Shown piece by piece: positions 35,032-44,638 of a stretch of 64,000 bases of DNA; positions within the stretch are counted from its first letter, which is position 1, and the number at the start of each line of letters is the position of its first letter. Position numbers and translations under genes: made by a program. The stretch lies in the NCBI GenBank assembly GCA_030834985.1, contig JAUQWV010000003.1, forward strand, positions 656 to 64,655, written 5' to 3'. This stretch comes from Candidatus Dojkabacteria bacterium (GTDB lineage Bacteria; Patescibacteriota; Dojkabacteria; J137). Under the pieces are notes generated by a model, which was not told where the DNA came from, did not search any database, and was given only the letters and a program-made list of their open reading frames with translations.

Positions 35032-36795
35032 TTAGCTGCTTCGTTTTTGTTTTAGTATCAGACTTTCCACATTTTTAAAGTCTTTAGCCTTCTCTATGCT
35101 TCCATTATTTACAAAGAATATCTGATCAGCTTTCTTAATAGTATTAAGCCTGTGAGCAATTATTACTTTAGTAGTCTTTTTAGGCAGTTTATTGATTATA
35201 TTTTGAAGTAATTCCTCAGTTACAGTATCTATATTAGCAGTAGCTTCATCTAGAATTAATAGATCCGGATTGCGCAAAATTATTCTAATAAATGAAATTA
35301 TCTGCTTTTGACCTAAACTGATATTTTCAGCGTTGTTATTAATCGCAGTTTCTAATCCATTATCGAATTTCTCAATAAAGTCCGATAAACCTGCCTCTTT
35401 TAATCTATCCAACAGCTCTTGATCTGATAAGCTAGCAAGTTCATTATTTCCATATCTAATATTTTCACCTACAGTTCCCGTAAATAGCAGTGGATCCTGC
35501 AGTATAAAACCTATTCTATTTGAAAGCTCTTTGAAAGAATAACTTTTAATATCCTTACCCCAGAAATTAATTACCCCGCTTGTAGGGTCATAAAGACGCA
35601 CCATTAAAGATGCCGTTGTACTTTTACCGCCACCAGTTGGCCCTACAAGCGCGTAGGTTTTGCCCTTTTCAAGCTCTAAGTTAACATTCTTTAAAATAGG
35701 ATCTTCATTTTGATAACCAAAATTAACATCTTCAAATTCAATTGCATTTATACTTTGTGACCCTGTATCAGTATTAGAAGATGATTCAACTACTCTTAAA
35801 TTTGATTCAAGCTTTAAAACCTGATTTATTCTGGACCATGCAGCTAACGCTAACTGAACGTTACTCCATATTTGAGCCATCATTCTTAAAGGATCATAAA
35901 ATCTTTGAGTATATGTAAAGAAAGTAAACAGCAGACCAAAGGTGATTTCGCCGCGAGTTACTAAGCTTAGACCATAGACTACAACTATTACTTGAGCCGC
36001 ACTACTTGCCAGATCATAAATTGGCTTTAGAAATTGACTGGCAATATCAGCTTTAATTGATGCTAAGTAGTTTTTTTCGTTGAATTCTTGGAATTTATCT
36101 GCAAAGTAGTCGCGGCGGTTAAAAGCAATAATTACTTTAAATGCGCTTAGTCCTTCTTGGATTTGTGCAGATAAATTCCCTGTTGCATCTAAGCTTACTC
36201 TGTTAAGTCTTTTTAGAATCGGCGAAATCACCTGAGTAATCACAAACAGAATTACCGTAACCGACAATGTAACTGCTGCAAGCTGTATATTGAGCACAAA
36301 CATTGAGATTGCTATGCCAACTAGAACAAAAATGCTACCAAGTAACCTTATTAAGTATTCAGATAAAAATGAATTAACTTTATCGGTATCGTTATTAATT
36401 CTAGAAATTAAATCACCACCTCTATTAGCATTAAAAAATGCTAATGGCAGCATTTGCAGCTTATTAAATATTACGTTTCTTAATTTGAATAAGACTCTTT
36501 GTCCAAGTTTTCCTGTTATATAGATTTGTAAAAAGCTTGCTAAAGCGCCAATTATATATACTAACGCCATTAAGCCAACAAAGGCTAAAAGTGTATTAAG
36601 ATCACGATTTGATAACAAATCATCTAAAGCATCCCCCTGTAGTTTTGGGCCCAAAATACTAGTTAGTGAAGTAACAATAACCATTGTTAAAGCTAAACCC
36701 ATAGCCTTAATTTCTCCACTTATAAAAAGATTAAAACTCTTTATTGTTTTTAATAAGCCTGTTTTTTCTTCTTTGTTATTTAAATTATAGTCCAT
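35032..36795 (-). CDS. ABC exporter, fused permease/ATPase (half of a heterodimeric MsbA/LmrCD-like pair)
   Basis: Six N-terminal TM helices, Walker A GPTGGGKSTT, signature LSLGQKQ, Walker B ILDEATA. Confidence 0.85.
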   Translation of the reverse strand: MDYNLNNKEEKTGLLKTIKSFNLFISGEIKAMGLALTMVIVTSLTSILGPKLQGDALDDLLSNRDLNTLLAFVGLMALVYIIGALASFLQIYITGKLGQRVLFKLRNVIFNKLQMLPLAFFNANRGGDLISRINNDTDKVNSFLSEYLIRLLGSIFVLVGIAISMFVLNIQLAAVTLSVTVILFVITQVISPILKRLNRVSLDATGNLSAQIQEGLSAFKVIIAFNRRDYFADKFQEFNEKNYLASIKADIASQFLKPIYDLASSAAQVIVVVYGLSLVTRGEITFGLLFTFFTYTQRFYDPLRMMAQIWSNVQLALAAWSRINQVLKLESNLRVVESSSNTDTGSQSINAIEFEDVNFGYQNEDPILKNVNLELEKGKTYALVGPTGGGKSTTASLMVRLYDPTSGVINFWGKDIKSYSFKELSNRIGFILQDPLLFTGTVGENIRYGNNELASLSDQELLDRLKEAGLSDFIEKFDNGLETAINNNAENISLGQKQIISFIRIILRNPDLLILDEATANIDTVTEELLQNIINKLPKKTTKVIIAHRLNTIKKADQIFFVNNGSIEKAKDFKNVESLILKQKRSS

Positions 36796-36796
36796 A

Positions 36797-38566
36797 TTAA
36801 TTTTCAGTAGATTGTTGAGATTCGTAAATTTGTTTGTACTCTAAAGAGCTTTTTAGAAGCTCTTCATGAGTTCCTTGAGCTAAAACTTCTCCTTCCATAA
36901 TCAAGATTATCTTGTCGAAATCTTTGATTGAGTCTATTTTTTGAGAGATTACAAGCTGCGTAATACCTGGATACTCATCATCTAAATTTTTAAAGATTTT
37001 CTGCTCAGTACCCTTATCTACTCTAGCCGTAAAGTCATCTAATAGCAGGATCCTCGGATTAATTGCCAAAGCTCTTGCTAAAGTTAAACGCTGTTTTTGT
37101 CCACCCGATAGATTAGAACCTCTTTCGTTTATATAAGTCTCTAAGCCTTGGTCTAAACCGTTAACAAAATTATTAAGTTCGGAAGCCGCAATTACTTTAT
37201 TCAAGTCTGAGCTAGCCTGATGAAAATCTATATTTTCTCCAATTGTGGTATTAAAAATTATACTGTCTTGAAAAACAATACCCATTTGCTTATACAGATT
37301 TTGTAAATTGTAATCTTTTACATTAATGTCATCTATTAATATTTCACCTTCTGTAGGCTCAATTAAACCTGTTAGCAAATACATAACTTGAGTTTTGCCT
37401 GCCGCAGTAGGTCCAATAATTGCAGATTTTTTACCCGCTGGGATAGTGAATGATACATCTTTTAAAATATTTTTCTCATCAAGTATTAGACTTACATTTC
37501 TAAATTCAATTTTGCCTTCGATATCCTTTTGATAAGTTCCTTTACCCTCTTCAACTTTGGAGTCTAGGACTTCGTTGATTCTATTTATTGAAATAAAGGC
37601 CCTAGAAATTAAGTTGCTTATAAATCCAAGAGTTACAATTGGCCAAATTAATATACCTAAGTAAGTGAAAAAAGAAACAAAATCTCCGGGAGTAATACGA
37701 TCTTGCAAAAATTCATTTGCTCCAACATATAAAACTAAGACTCCTCCTAAGCTACTTACAAGATTCATAAATGGAAACACAAAGGCAAAGCCATTAAGTA
37801 TTTGGGAACCCAAAGTCCTTGCTGCAATATTCTGCTCTTCAAACTTTTGAATTTCTGACTTTTGAGAATTTAATACGCGAATTAAACTTGCTGCAACAAT
37901 ACTTTCTGTAATAACTCTATTTAGCGAATCTATTATTATTCTAGATTTAAAGAATAATGGACCAAGTTTTTTAAATACAATAAAAAAGGCGCCGGCGATT
38001 AAAGGGATCATTAATAAACCAGCAATAGCCATTTGCCAATTTATACTAAACATTAAAGCGCCGGCGCCTACAAGTATAAATATCGAAGACAACAGCAAAA
38101 TTAAGCTCTGTGAAATTAATTCACGAACTGCATCCACATCAGATGTTAATATACTTAATAGTTTTGACGGTGTAATTTGATTTATAAATTTGAAAGTCTG
38201 TTTTGCAATCTTGCTGGAAATTGCAACACGTAAATTAAAAGCAACTTTTTGCGATAAATATACACCTGCAACCATCTGCATAATACCTATTGCAAAAGAA
38301 ACAAATATAAGGACAATCATTGTATTAACAAGTTCAGTGTAGTCTTGCCTAAGCGCAGCTGCATCAAAAATATAACCTATATATTTAGGAGTTATTAAAG
38401 ATAATACTGTTGCTGTTATTGTTAATAGAACTAAAAAAGCAGCAACAAATTTGTAAGGTTTTACAAACATTACAACTGTAGCTATAGGATTTGTACCTTG
38501 AAATTGAGGTTTATTGGCTGGATTTTCAGTCACAGAAGTACTTTTTTTAGGTCCTTTAATATTCAT
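36797..38566 (-). CDS. ABC exporter, fused permease/ATPase (partner half)
   Basis: TM domain plus GPTAAGKTQ Walker A, LSGGQKQR signature, LLDDFTA degenerate Walker B. Confidence 0.85.
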   Translation of the reverse strand: MNIKGPKKSTSVTENPANKPQFQGTNPIATVVMFVKPYKFVAAFLVLLTITATVLSLITPKYIGYIFDAAALRQDYTELVNTMIVLIFVSFAIGIMQMVAGVYLSQKVAFNLRVAISSKIAKQTFKFINQITPSKLLSILTSDVDAVRELISQSLILLLSSIFILVGAGALMFSINWQMAIAGLLMIPLIAGAFFIVFKKLGPLFFKSRIIIDSLNRVITESIVAASLIRVLNSQKSEIQKFEEQNIAARTLGSQILNGFAFVFPFMNLVSSLGGVLVLYVGANEFLQDRITPGDFVSFFTYLGILIWPIVTLGFISNLISRAFISINRINEVLDSKVEEGKGTYQKDIEGKIEFRNVSLILDEKNILKDVSFTIPAGKKSAIIGPTAAGKTQVMYLLTGLIEPTEGEILIDDINVKDYNLQNLYKQMGIVFQDSIIFNTTIGENIDFHQASSDLNKVIAASELNNFVNGLDQGLETYINERGSNLSGGQKQRLTLARALAINPRILLLDDFTARVDKGTEQKIFKNLDDEYPGITQLVISQKIDSIKDFDKIILIMEGEVLAQGTHEELLKSSLEYKQIYESQQSTEN

Positions 38567-38631
38567 AAAAAAGAAATTTGCCTATTAGAATCAAATACCG
38601 ATTTGTTCAGTATATCACTTCTAGGCAAGCG

Positions 38632-39714
38632 TTACCTATTCTGAGACAGCCAAATGTTTAGTGTTAAACTACTATCTTTATACTCTTTTGCATTTTCAAT
38701 GCCGATATATCGCCAATGCCAGGCTTCGTGCTGATAGCCTGTTTCTGAGTCTTTACCAGCCGGGTACGATTGCACGAAGCCGTACTTATGAGCATTCTCC
38801 ATAAGCCAGCGTCCTGCAGCACCGTTTTCAAAGTTATTAGTTAAATCAAAGCCGGTTTCTTGGTCTACAAAGTCGACTGCCGTTCCTAACTGATGTTCAG
38901 AAAATCCTGGTCTGGCAGAAACTTTATCAGCTTCATCCTGGCCATACTGTCGTACCCAACCCGCATATGTTCGATATTGATCTAAATAGCTTCTATAACC
39001 CGAAGCAATTACTAAATTTTTATTTAACTCACGCTGTAAATCTCCTGCCATAACTTTTAATGCATCACCTGTTTCTGCAGTTACTAAAATTGGCAGTGAA
39101 CTATTTGTATATAAAAGCAGGTCTTTATTTACATCAACTAGCTGCTTAGGCTCATAATCTAACGGTAGCTTATTCTGTTTATCTACTAAGGCTCTTAAGC
39201 TGTCGCCATCTGCAGTATAAGAAAAAGTATCCCAATCAGAAATTTCTGTTAATCCAAATGGAAGGGTGTACGCATCTCTTTGACCTTTAACCGTAATCTC
39301 ACCTGCGGAACCATTCACGTCTTCTAAGACTACCACTATATTGAATTCGCCTACACCGATATTATTGATTTTTACAACATACCAATAATATGGATCTTCG
39401 TCTTTTGGTCTTTGAGATAGATTAAACTGATATTTTGCCGAAGAGCTTTCTTTAAGCTCAGTTTTTGATTTTAATGTAAAAGTAGCGGAATTTTGTAATG
39501 TTACAAGTACTTTATCGTTATATTGGATCTCTAATGGACCGCTATTTACTGTTTCTTGTTCTTGATCGGGGTTAATAAGGTTTTTTACTGCACTAATTAG
39601 CTCTTCTATTTTATTTGTTCCCGTAACCTGACCAGAAATAAGTAACCCAGCGATAGCAATAACAGCTAGAATAAGTGTTATTAATACTAGTTTTACAACT
39701 ATATTCTTAATCAT
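38632..39714 (-). CDS. VanY-like D-Ala-D-Ala carboxypeptidase (peptidase M15B), membrane-anchored
   Basis: SGYRSYxxQ, SEHQLGTAVD and EAWHWRY zinc-binding motifs. Confidence 0.75.
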   Translation of the reverse strand: MIKNIVVKLVLITLILAVIAIAGLLISGQVTGTNKIEELISAVKNLINPDQEQETVNSGPLEIQYNDKVLVTLQNSATFTLKSKTELKESSSAKYQFNLSQRPKDEDPYYWYVVKINNIGVGEFNIVVVLEDVNGSAGEITVKGQRDAYTLPFGLTEISDWDTFSYTADGDSLRALVDKQNKLPLDYEPKQLVDVNKDLLLYTNSSLPILVTAETGDALKVMAGDLQRELNKNLVIASGYRSYLDQYRTYAGWVRQYGQDEADKVSARPGFSEHQLGTAVDFVDQETGFDLTNNFENGAAGRWLMENAHKYGFVQSYPAGKDSETGYQHEAWHWRYIGIENAKEYKDSSLTLNIWLSQNR

Positions 39715-39738
39715 AAATATAAAATAACCTTAAACCTA

Positions 39739-40578
39739 TTATAGTTCATAGGTATCGGATATTGTAAAGTCTCCAATTTGGGTACGCTCTAGATTTATTA
39801 GTGTAGAAGGGATTTGAAGTTTATTTCCTAAGTCAATTGCAAGCTGGCGAATATAAGTTCCTTTAGAAACTTTTGCAGAAATAGTTATATATGGATATGT
39901 CTCTAAGTATAGTTGATCAGCATTTAAAGGCTCTTTTTTATATGCATTCAATACATTATTAAAATTTTCTAAAACCTGCTCTTTAGATAAAACGCCACTT
40001 TCTAAAAAATCTACTTTATAGATTGATACCTTTTTCGCAGGTAATTCAACTGATTTTGCTAGCTCGTTTTCTTTATAAAATTGAATAATAGATTTTTCAT
40101 CTCCTTTTATAACTTCAAATCTATCAAATGATCTTGCTAATTCACGAAGCTTTTTACCGGCTACCTTTACAGATGAGAATACTGGGACAGTTTGAATGTA
40201 CTCAGGCACAAATTCTGTTAAAGCATCTTTTATAGAATCTACATTTACTTTTATTTCTGTCTTAGCACTATCAACGATTTTACCTTCAGGATCGCCTGAT
40301 AGCGTTTCAAGTCCCAACAGAATTTGTGCCTTATACACTTTATCTTTATTTAAAAAAGAGTCTGACAACTTAGTAGCCTTACCTACCAAAATTAATAAAA
40401 GCCCGCTAGCAAAAGGATCCAATGTTCCTGCGTGTCCTACTTTTCTAGTTTCAAAATGTTTTCTAAATTTATAAACAATATCATGAGAAGAAACTCCAGC
40501 AGGTTTATTGTATGCAAAGATGCCTGAAACTCGGCCAAATTCGTCTTTGTAGATCTGATTAATCTCATATTTATCCAT
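39739..40578 (-). CDS. truB: tRNA pseudouridine-55 synthase
   Basis: HAGTLDPFASGLLLILVGKATK catalytic-Asp motif. Confidence 0.85.
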   Translation of the reverse strand: MDKYEINQIYKDEFGRVSGIFAYNKPAGVSSHDIVYKFRKHFETRKVGHAGTLDPFASGLLLILVGKATKLSDSFLNKDKVYKAQILLGLETLSGDPEGKIVDSAKTEIKVNVDSIKDALTEFVPEYIQTVPVFSSVKVAGKKLRELARSFDRFEVIKGDEKSIIQFYKENELAKSVELPAKKVSIYKVDFLESGVLSKEQVLENFNNVLNAYKKEPLNADQLYLETYPYITISAKVSKGTYIRQLAIDLGNKLQIPSTLINLERTQIGDFTISDTYEL

Positions 40579-40670
40579 ATTGGCAAGTATATCACAGCAA
40601 AACCTATGGCTCTACTCAAAGTATCCATTAGTCTGTTAAAATCAATATAATTAATCGTTACGTAGTAAAT

Positions 40671-41030
40671 ATGCCAGACATCATTTTAGAAGATCAACAA
40701 AAAAGAAAAGAGTTAATGAAAGAGCTTGGCAGTAAAATTAAGCTTGCTAGAGATGAAGCACAGATGTCGCAACTTCAAGTAGGAGTAGCACTAGCTGTAT
40801 CTGACAAAACAATCAGCGGATACGAATCTGGCAGAATTGCACCTCCTATCGATAAATTAATACATTTGGCAGACTTATTTAAAAAACCAATCGCATTCTT
40901 TTTAGGAGCTGACCCTAGAGAATATAAAGTAGCATCCAGACTAAGAGCAGTAGAAATCGCCCTAAGAGACGTACGTAAACAGTTAAATGAAATTCGGCTA
41001 ATTAGTCAGAATACAGATTTAGATGATTAA
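40671..41030 (+). CDS. XRE-family helix-turn-helix transcriptional regulator
   Basis: LGSKIKLARDEAQMSQLQVGVALAVSDKTISGYESG HTH_3 pattern. Divergent from truB. Confidence 0.7.
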   Translation: MPDIILEDQQKRKELMKELGSKIKLARDEAQMSQLQVGVALAVSDKTISGYESGRIAPPIDKLIHLADLFKKPIAFFLGADPREYKVASRLRAVEIALRDVRKQLNEIRLISQNTDLDD

Positions 41031-41042
41031 TTAAGAAGAAAA

Positions 41043-41124
41043 TGCAAGCGGAGGGAATCGAACCCTCACCTCTTGCGAGACTGGTTCCTAAGACCAGCGC
41101 GTATACCAGTTCCGCCACGCTTGC
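41043..41124 (-). tRNA. tRNA-Leu (anticodon TAG), class II with a long variable arm
   Basis: Reverse complement is GCAAGCGTGGCGGAACTGGT...CTGGTCTTAGGAACCAG...GGGTTCGATTCCCTCCGCTTGCA. The anticodon loop is CTTAGGA. Confidence 0.8.
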
Positions 41125-41169
41125 AGTGCGATAATTGTACTCTAAAATCACTCTATTTGTCTATTGGGA

Positions 41170-43905
41170 TTATCTATAAGTTACCGTAGCTTTTCTTCTT
41201 TTTCGTTTGTATTTGTTCACTCCAGCTACAGCACCCGTCGAAGCACTCAATAACCCTAATGCAGCTAAAGGTACTGCTATACCAGTTTCAGAAAGTCCAC
41301 CGCCACCATCCTCATCACCACCACCGCCACCTGAGCCTCCTGTGGTAACAGTTAGCACAGCACTATTAGAGCCATAATTTATTCTAAATATTGTACTGCC
41401 AACTGTGAAAGTTGAGTTATTTGGTAAACCGTTAAACGTTCCTACCAAAGCGCTTGAAGCCTGAATAATTGTAAAAGTTTGCCCAACTGTTGTAGACATT
41501 CCTAAAGCTACATTCAGTGTTGCACTATTTAAGTTTACTGCACCTGTTACATTCAGCTGATCATATTGGCTGCCAACTGTAGTTCCGTTAATTTCAACAT
41601 TAAAGCTATTTGTATTAGCAAACACCACATTACCTGTTACATTTAGAATCCCTGGACTGGTTCCAGGTGCTATTCCTCCTGTTCCTCCTCCTGTAATTAC
41701 TCCAACTCTACCTGTTCCGCCTAAAACACCTGTTCCGCTCAAAGTTACGGCACTACCTGCCTGCTGACCGTTGATATTTAGCCTACCAGCTGCAACTGTT
41801 GTTGTTCCTGTATATCCGTTATTGGCTGTTAAAGTAAATGTACCTGTTCCAACTTTAGAAACTCCTCCAGCACCATTAATAATACCACTAAATGTAGAAG
41901 TGCCATTATTCGCACCTACTGATAATGTAGCATTCCCTAAAGTAATTGCTGAATTGGAATTTTCATTACTTAAAGAGCCAAGTGTTTCTGAAAAAGAATT
42001 TAAATCTAAAGTTGACCATTGGTTTAGCCAAACACTAATAGTATCAGGGAATGCGTTTACACTGGCAGATTTTCTAAGAGTTACATCCTGCAAATTTATT
42101 TGTGCAGCACTATATGTATTTGCAGTACTAAGCTGAATTACACCTGAACCTGCACCAAATCGTTGAAATATTACATTTCCACTTACACTGCCCGATATCC
42201 CTCCTGAGATTGTTAAAATAGCATCACCATTTTGAACAAACATTGCCTCAGCACCAGCAATAGTAATTGGACCACCATAAACATTTGTACCTGATGCTGA
42301 TGTTAGTGCACCACCGAAATCTCCTCCTAAACCTGTAATTTGTAAAGGCTCATTTGCAATGGTAATTCCACCTATTAAAGCTAATACACCTCCATTTTCT
42401 ACTACAGTTCCCGATGCACTATTACCCAAACCATTAGCATGCGATACATTCAGCCTAGTATTTGGATTAATAATTGTATCTCCTGTATAAGTGTTGTTTG
42501 CCTTAAAAGAAACTCCCTTTGCTCCAATCCATATATTTGAAGAACCGGTGATAGGAACTAAGAATTCACACCGCTCGGTAGCATCTGCAATACTACCATC
42601 TATAGAGAAGTTTTCTGCTGTAGGTGTAAAATTTCCTACTCCACTGATTCTAGCAGTATTACCATCTGCGTCATTACAAATCATACCCTCTGCTGATACA
42701 GTAGAGCTGTCTAACATTTCAAGAACTCCACCATTTATAACAAGACCTGCAAGTGAAGATGTGCCTCTAATCACAGCTTTACCTATATTAATTTCTAGTA
42801 AGCCAATATTATTATTTACGCTTTCAGCATATTGTAAAAGCCCATCTGAATAGATAAATATTTCAGCATCTGCATTTATTTGATCACTGCTTTCTAGCGA
42901 TAGTATTGCACTTTCGCTGCCTCCGATGCCATTTCCAACAGCTACTAATGATGATGATACTGCTACTCCACTTGATTTATTTAATGACACCTCCCCTTCC
43001 TCTACAGTAAATGGGCGAGTAAATGTATTACCTGATGAGCCACTTATAATCAATTCGCCACCACCATTTTTGTAGATTTCAGAGTCTCCGGTAATAACAC
43101 CTGATAACGTTAAAGTTCCTGAATCTACAGTAATCCACGTTAATCCGTCTTCGAAGAAGACATCTATTGGCCCAGCCCAGGTGTTATTACCGGAGACATT
43201 ATGCAACGCACCATAATTTTCATAAAAGCCATTACCATCTAGTACTAAAGATGGTGTTGATATTGTTATATTACCAATTAATTCAATTGTTTTTGGATGA
43301 GTAACTGTTGCCGCTGAATTCTGTAGAGCCGTTGAAGAAGCTAATCTTAATATACCGTCCTGAACAATAGTATCGCCATTAAAAGTATTATTTCCCGATA
43401 AAGTTAATCGTCCCGGATACTGTTTATAGAGATCTACCCCTGTATTATTACTAATATTCCCTATCCAATCTATACCTGTACTTTCATCTATAACTTGAAT
43501 ATTTAAATAGTCGAAATATAGTGTAACGTCAATAGACCATTCCAATACTCCAGAGTTATCGTCATCATCAAATATAAAGTCACCTCGTAAATCAATAGCA
43601 TTACCTGATATTTCGTAATCGTTCCATCCTACCCATATTCCCTGTATATCTAAACCAGCACTCATATTATTTACACTGGTATAATTTTCGCCCCCATTTG
43701 GGAAAGGAAATTCTAAAGTATCGCCATCTGAAGGAGTTGTACAACCAGACCAATTACCATTAGTACCCCAATTACTATTAACTGATCCATTCCAAACACA
43801 GGTAGCTGCATATAAGCTATTTTGGCTGCTTACAAAAAGAGAAAGGCCCAGCACAACTGAAGTAAAAAGAATAAATTGTAATAATCTAGAGCTGTTAATA
43901 TTCAT
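41170..43905 (-). CDS. Large (911 aa) secreted beta-helix-like surface protein with a C-terminal sortase-type sorting signal (LSETG, hydrophobic stretch, KRKRRK tail)
   Basis: Signal peptide, repetitive G/N/T-rich beta-strand repeats, a GGGGGDEDGGGG linker, and the C-terminus LSETGIAVPLAALGLLSASTGAVAGVNKYKRKRRKA. Confidence 0.75.
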   Translation of the reverse strand: MNINSSRLLQFILFTSVVLGLSLFVSSQNSLYAATCVWNGSVNSNWGTNGNWSGCTTPSDGDTLEFPFPNGGENYTSVNNMSAGLDIQGIWVGWNDYEISGNAIDLRGDFIFDDDDNSGVLEWSIDVTLYFDYLNIQVIDESTGIDWIGNISNNTGVDLYKQYPGRLTLSGNNTFNGDTIVQDGILRLASSTALQNSAATVTHPKTIELIGNITISTPSLVLDGNGFYENYGALHNVSGNNTWAGPIDVFFEDGLTWITVDSGTLTLSGVITGDSEIYKNGGGELIISGSSGNTFTRPFTVEEGEVSLNKSSGVAVSSSLVAVGNGIGGSESAILSLESSDQINADAEIFIYSDGLLQYAESVNNNIGLLEINIGKAVIRGTSSLAGLVINGGVLEMLDSSTVSAEGMICNDADGNTARISGVGNFTPTAENFSIDGSIADATERCEFLVPITGSSNIWIGAKGVSFKANNTYTGDTIINPNTRLNVSHANGLGNSASGTVVENGGVLALIGGITIANEPLQITGLGGDFGGALTSASGTNVYGGPITIAGAEAMFVQNGDAILTISGGISGSVSGNVIFQRFGAGSGVIQLSTANTYSAAQINLQDVTLRKSASVNAFPDTISVWLNQWSTLDLNSFSETLGSLSNENSNSAITLGNATLSVGANNGTSTFSGIINGAGGVSKVGTGTFTLTANNGYTGTTTVAAGRLNINGQQAGSAVTLSGTGVLGGTGRVGVITGGGTGGIAPGTSPGILNVTGNVVFANTNSFNVEINGTTVGSQYDQLNVTGAVNLNSATLNVALGMSTTVGQTFTIIQASSALVGTFNGLPNNSTFTVGSTIFRINYGSNSAVLTVTTGGSGGGGGDEDGGGGLSETGIAVPLAALGLLSASTGAVAGVNKYKRKRRKATVTYR

Positions 43906-43945
43906 CTCATTTTATCTTACAGACTTTTTTTCTTCATTTCAAATT

Positions 43946-44605
43946 TTAAATATATCCAATAAGACTAGCCTTAACAACAAATCTTTTTTCTGAAGTATAT
44001 AAAGGAGTACAGGTGTATAAAGTAATTTCTCGGACTAATTCTGGATCAGGCTCTCTGACTTCTACCTGATCAGGATTAACTAGAAGAGTTTCGTAAACTT
44101 TGTACCAAAAAATACGGCCTTCCCAGTATATATAGATATCATCTCCATATTGCATCTCTTCTAAATTGTAGAAAGTATTGGTGTTTGGCGGAAGGTATTG
44201 AAACCTATGGCCGGCTAAGACCATATTCCCGCTTACAAGTGGAGTTGAAGATGCCGGCTCTCGCCAAACACCCTCATAAACATTCAGAATATCTAAAGTT
44301 TCTCCTTCAACAATTGCAGTATCTACATTTATTTTAGGAATATATAACTTATTACCTACTGTCGTTTGCTCATTATCTGTACTACCGGGAATTGTCTGGT
44401 CATTTACCGCAGCATCAGTAATTGCATTTTCTAAAGTTATTGGAAGATCATTACTATTTGGGACCAGAGCATAAATATGATATTGAATCTTCGGCCACAT
44501 CGGATAAAGAAAATAAGCCATTAAAACTACTACTACTACAGCTACAAGAACTTTAACAACTTTTGAATCTGCTTTTTCAAATTTAAAATTCTTAACGTTA
44601 AACAT
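43946..44605 (-). CDS. Sortase-family transpeptidase
   Basis: N-terminal TM anchor. Catalytic His in LAGHRF, Cys in ITLYTCTP (TLxTC), and a downstream Arg. Confidence 0.8.
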   Translation of the reverse strand: MFNVKNFKFEKADSKVVKVLVAVVVVVLMAYFLYPMWPKIQYHIYALVPNSNDLPITLENAITDAAVNDQTIPGSTDNEQTTVGNKLYIPKINVDTAIVEGETLDILNVYEGVWREPASSTPLVSGNMVLAGHRFQYLPPNTNTFYNLEEMQYGDDIYIYWEGRIFWYKVYETLLVNPDQVEVREPDPELVREITLYTCTPLYTSEKRFVVKASLIGYI

Positions 44606-44638
44606 TTGTGAGATAATTAAATTGTATTAAGTTTAATT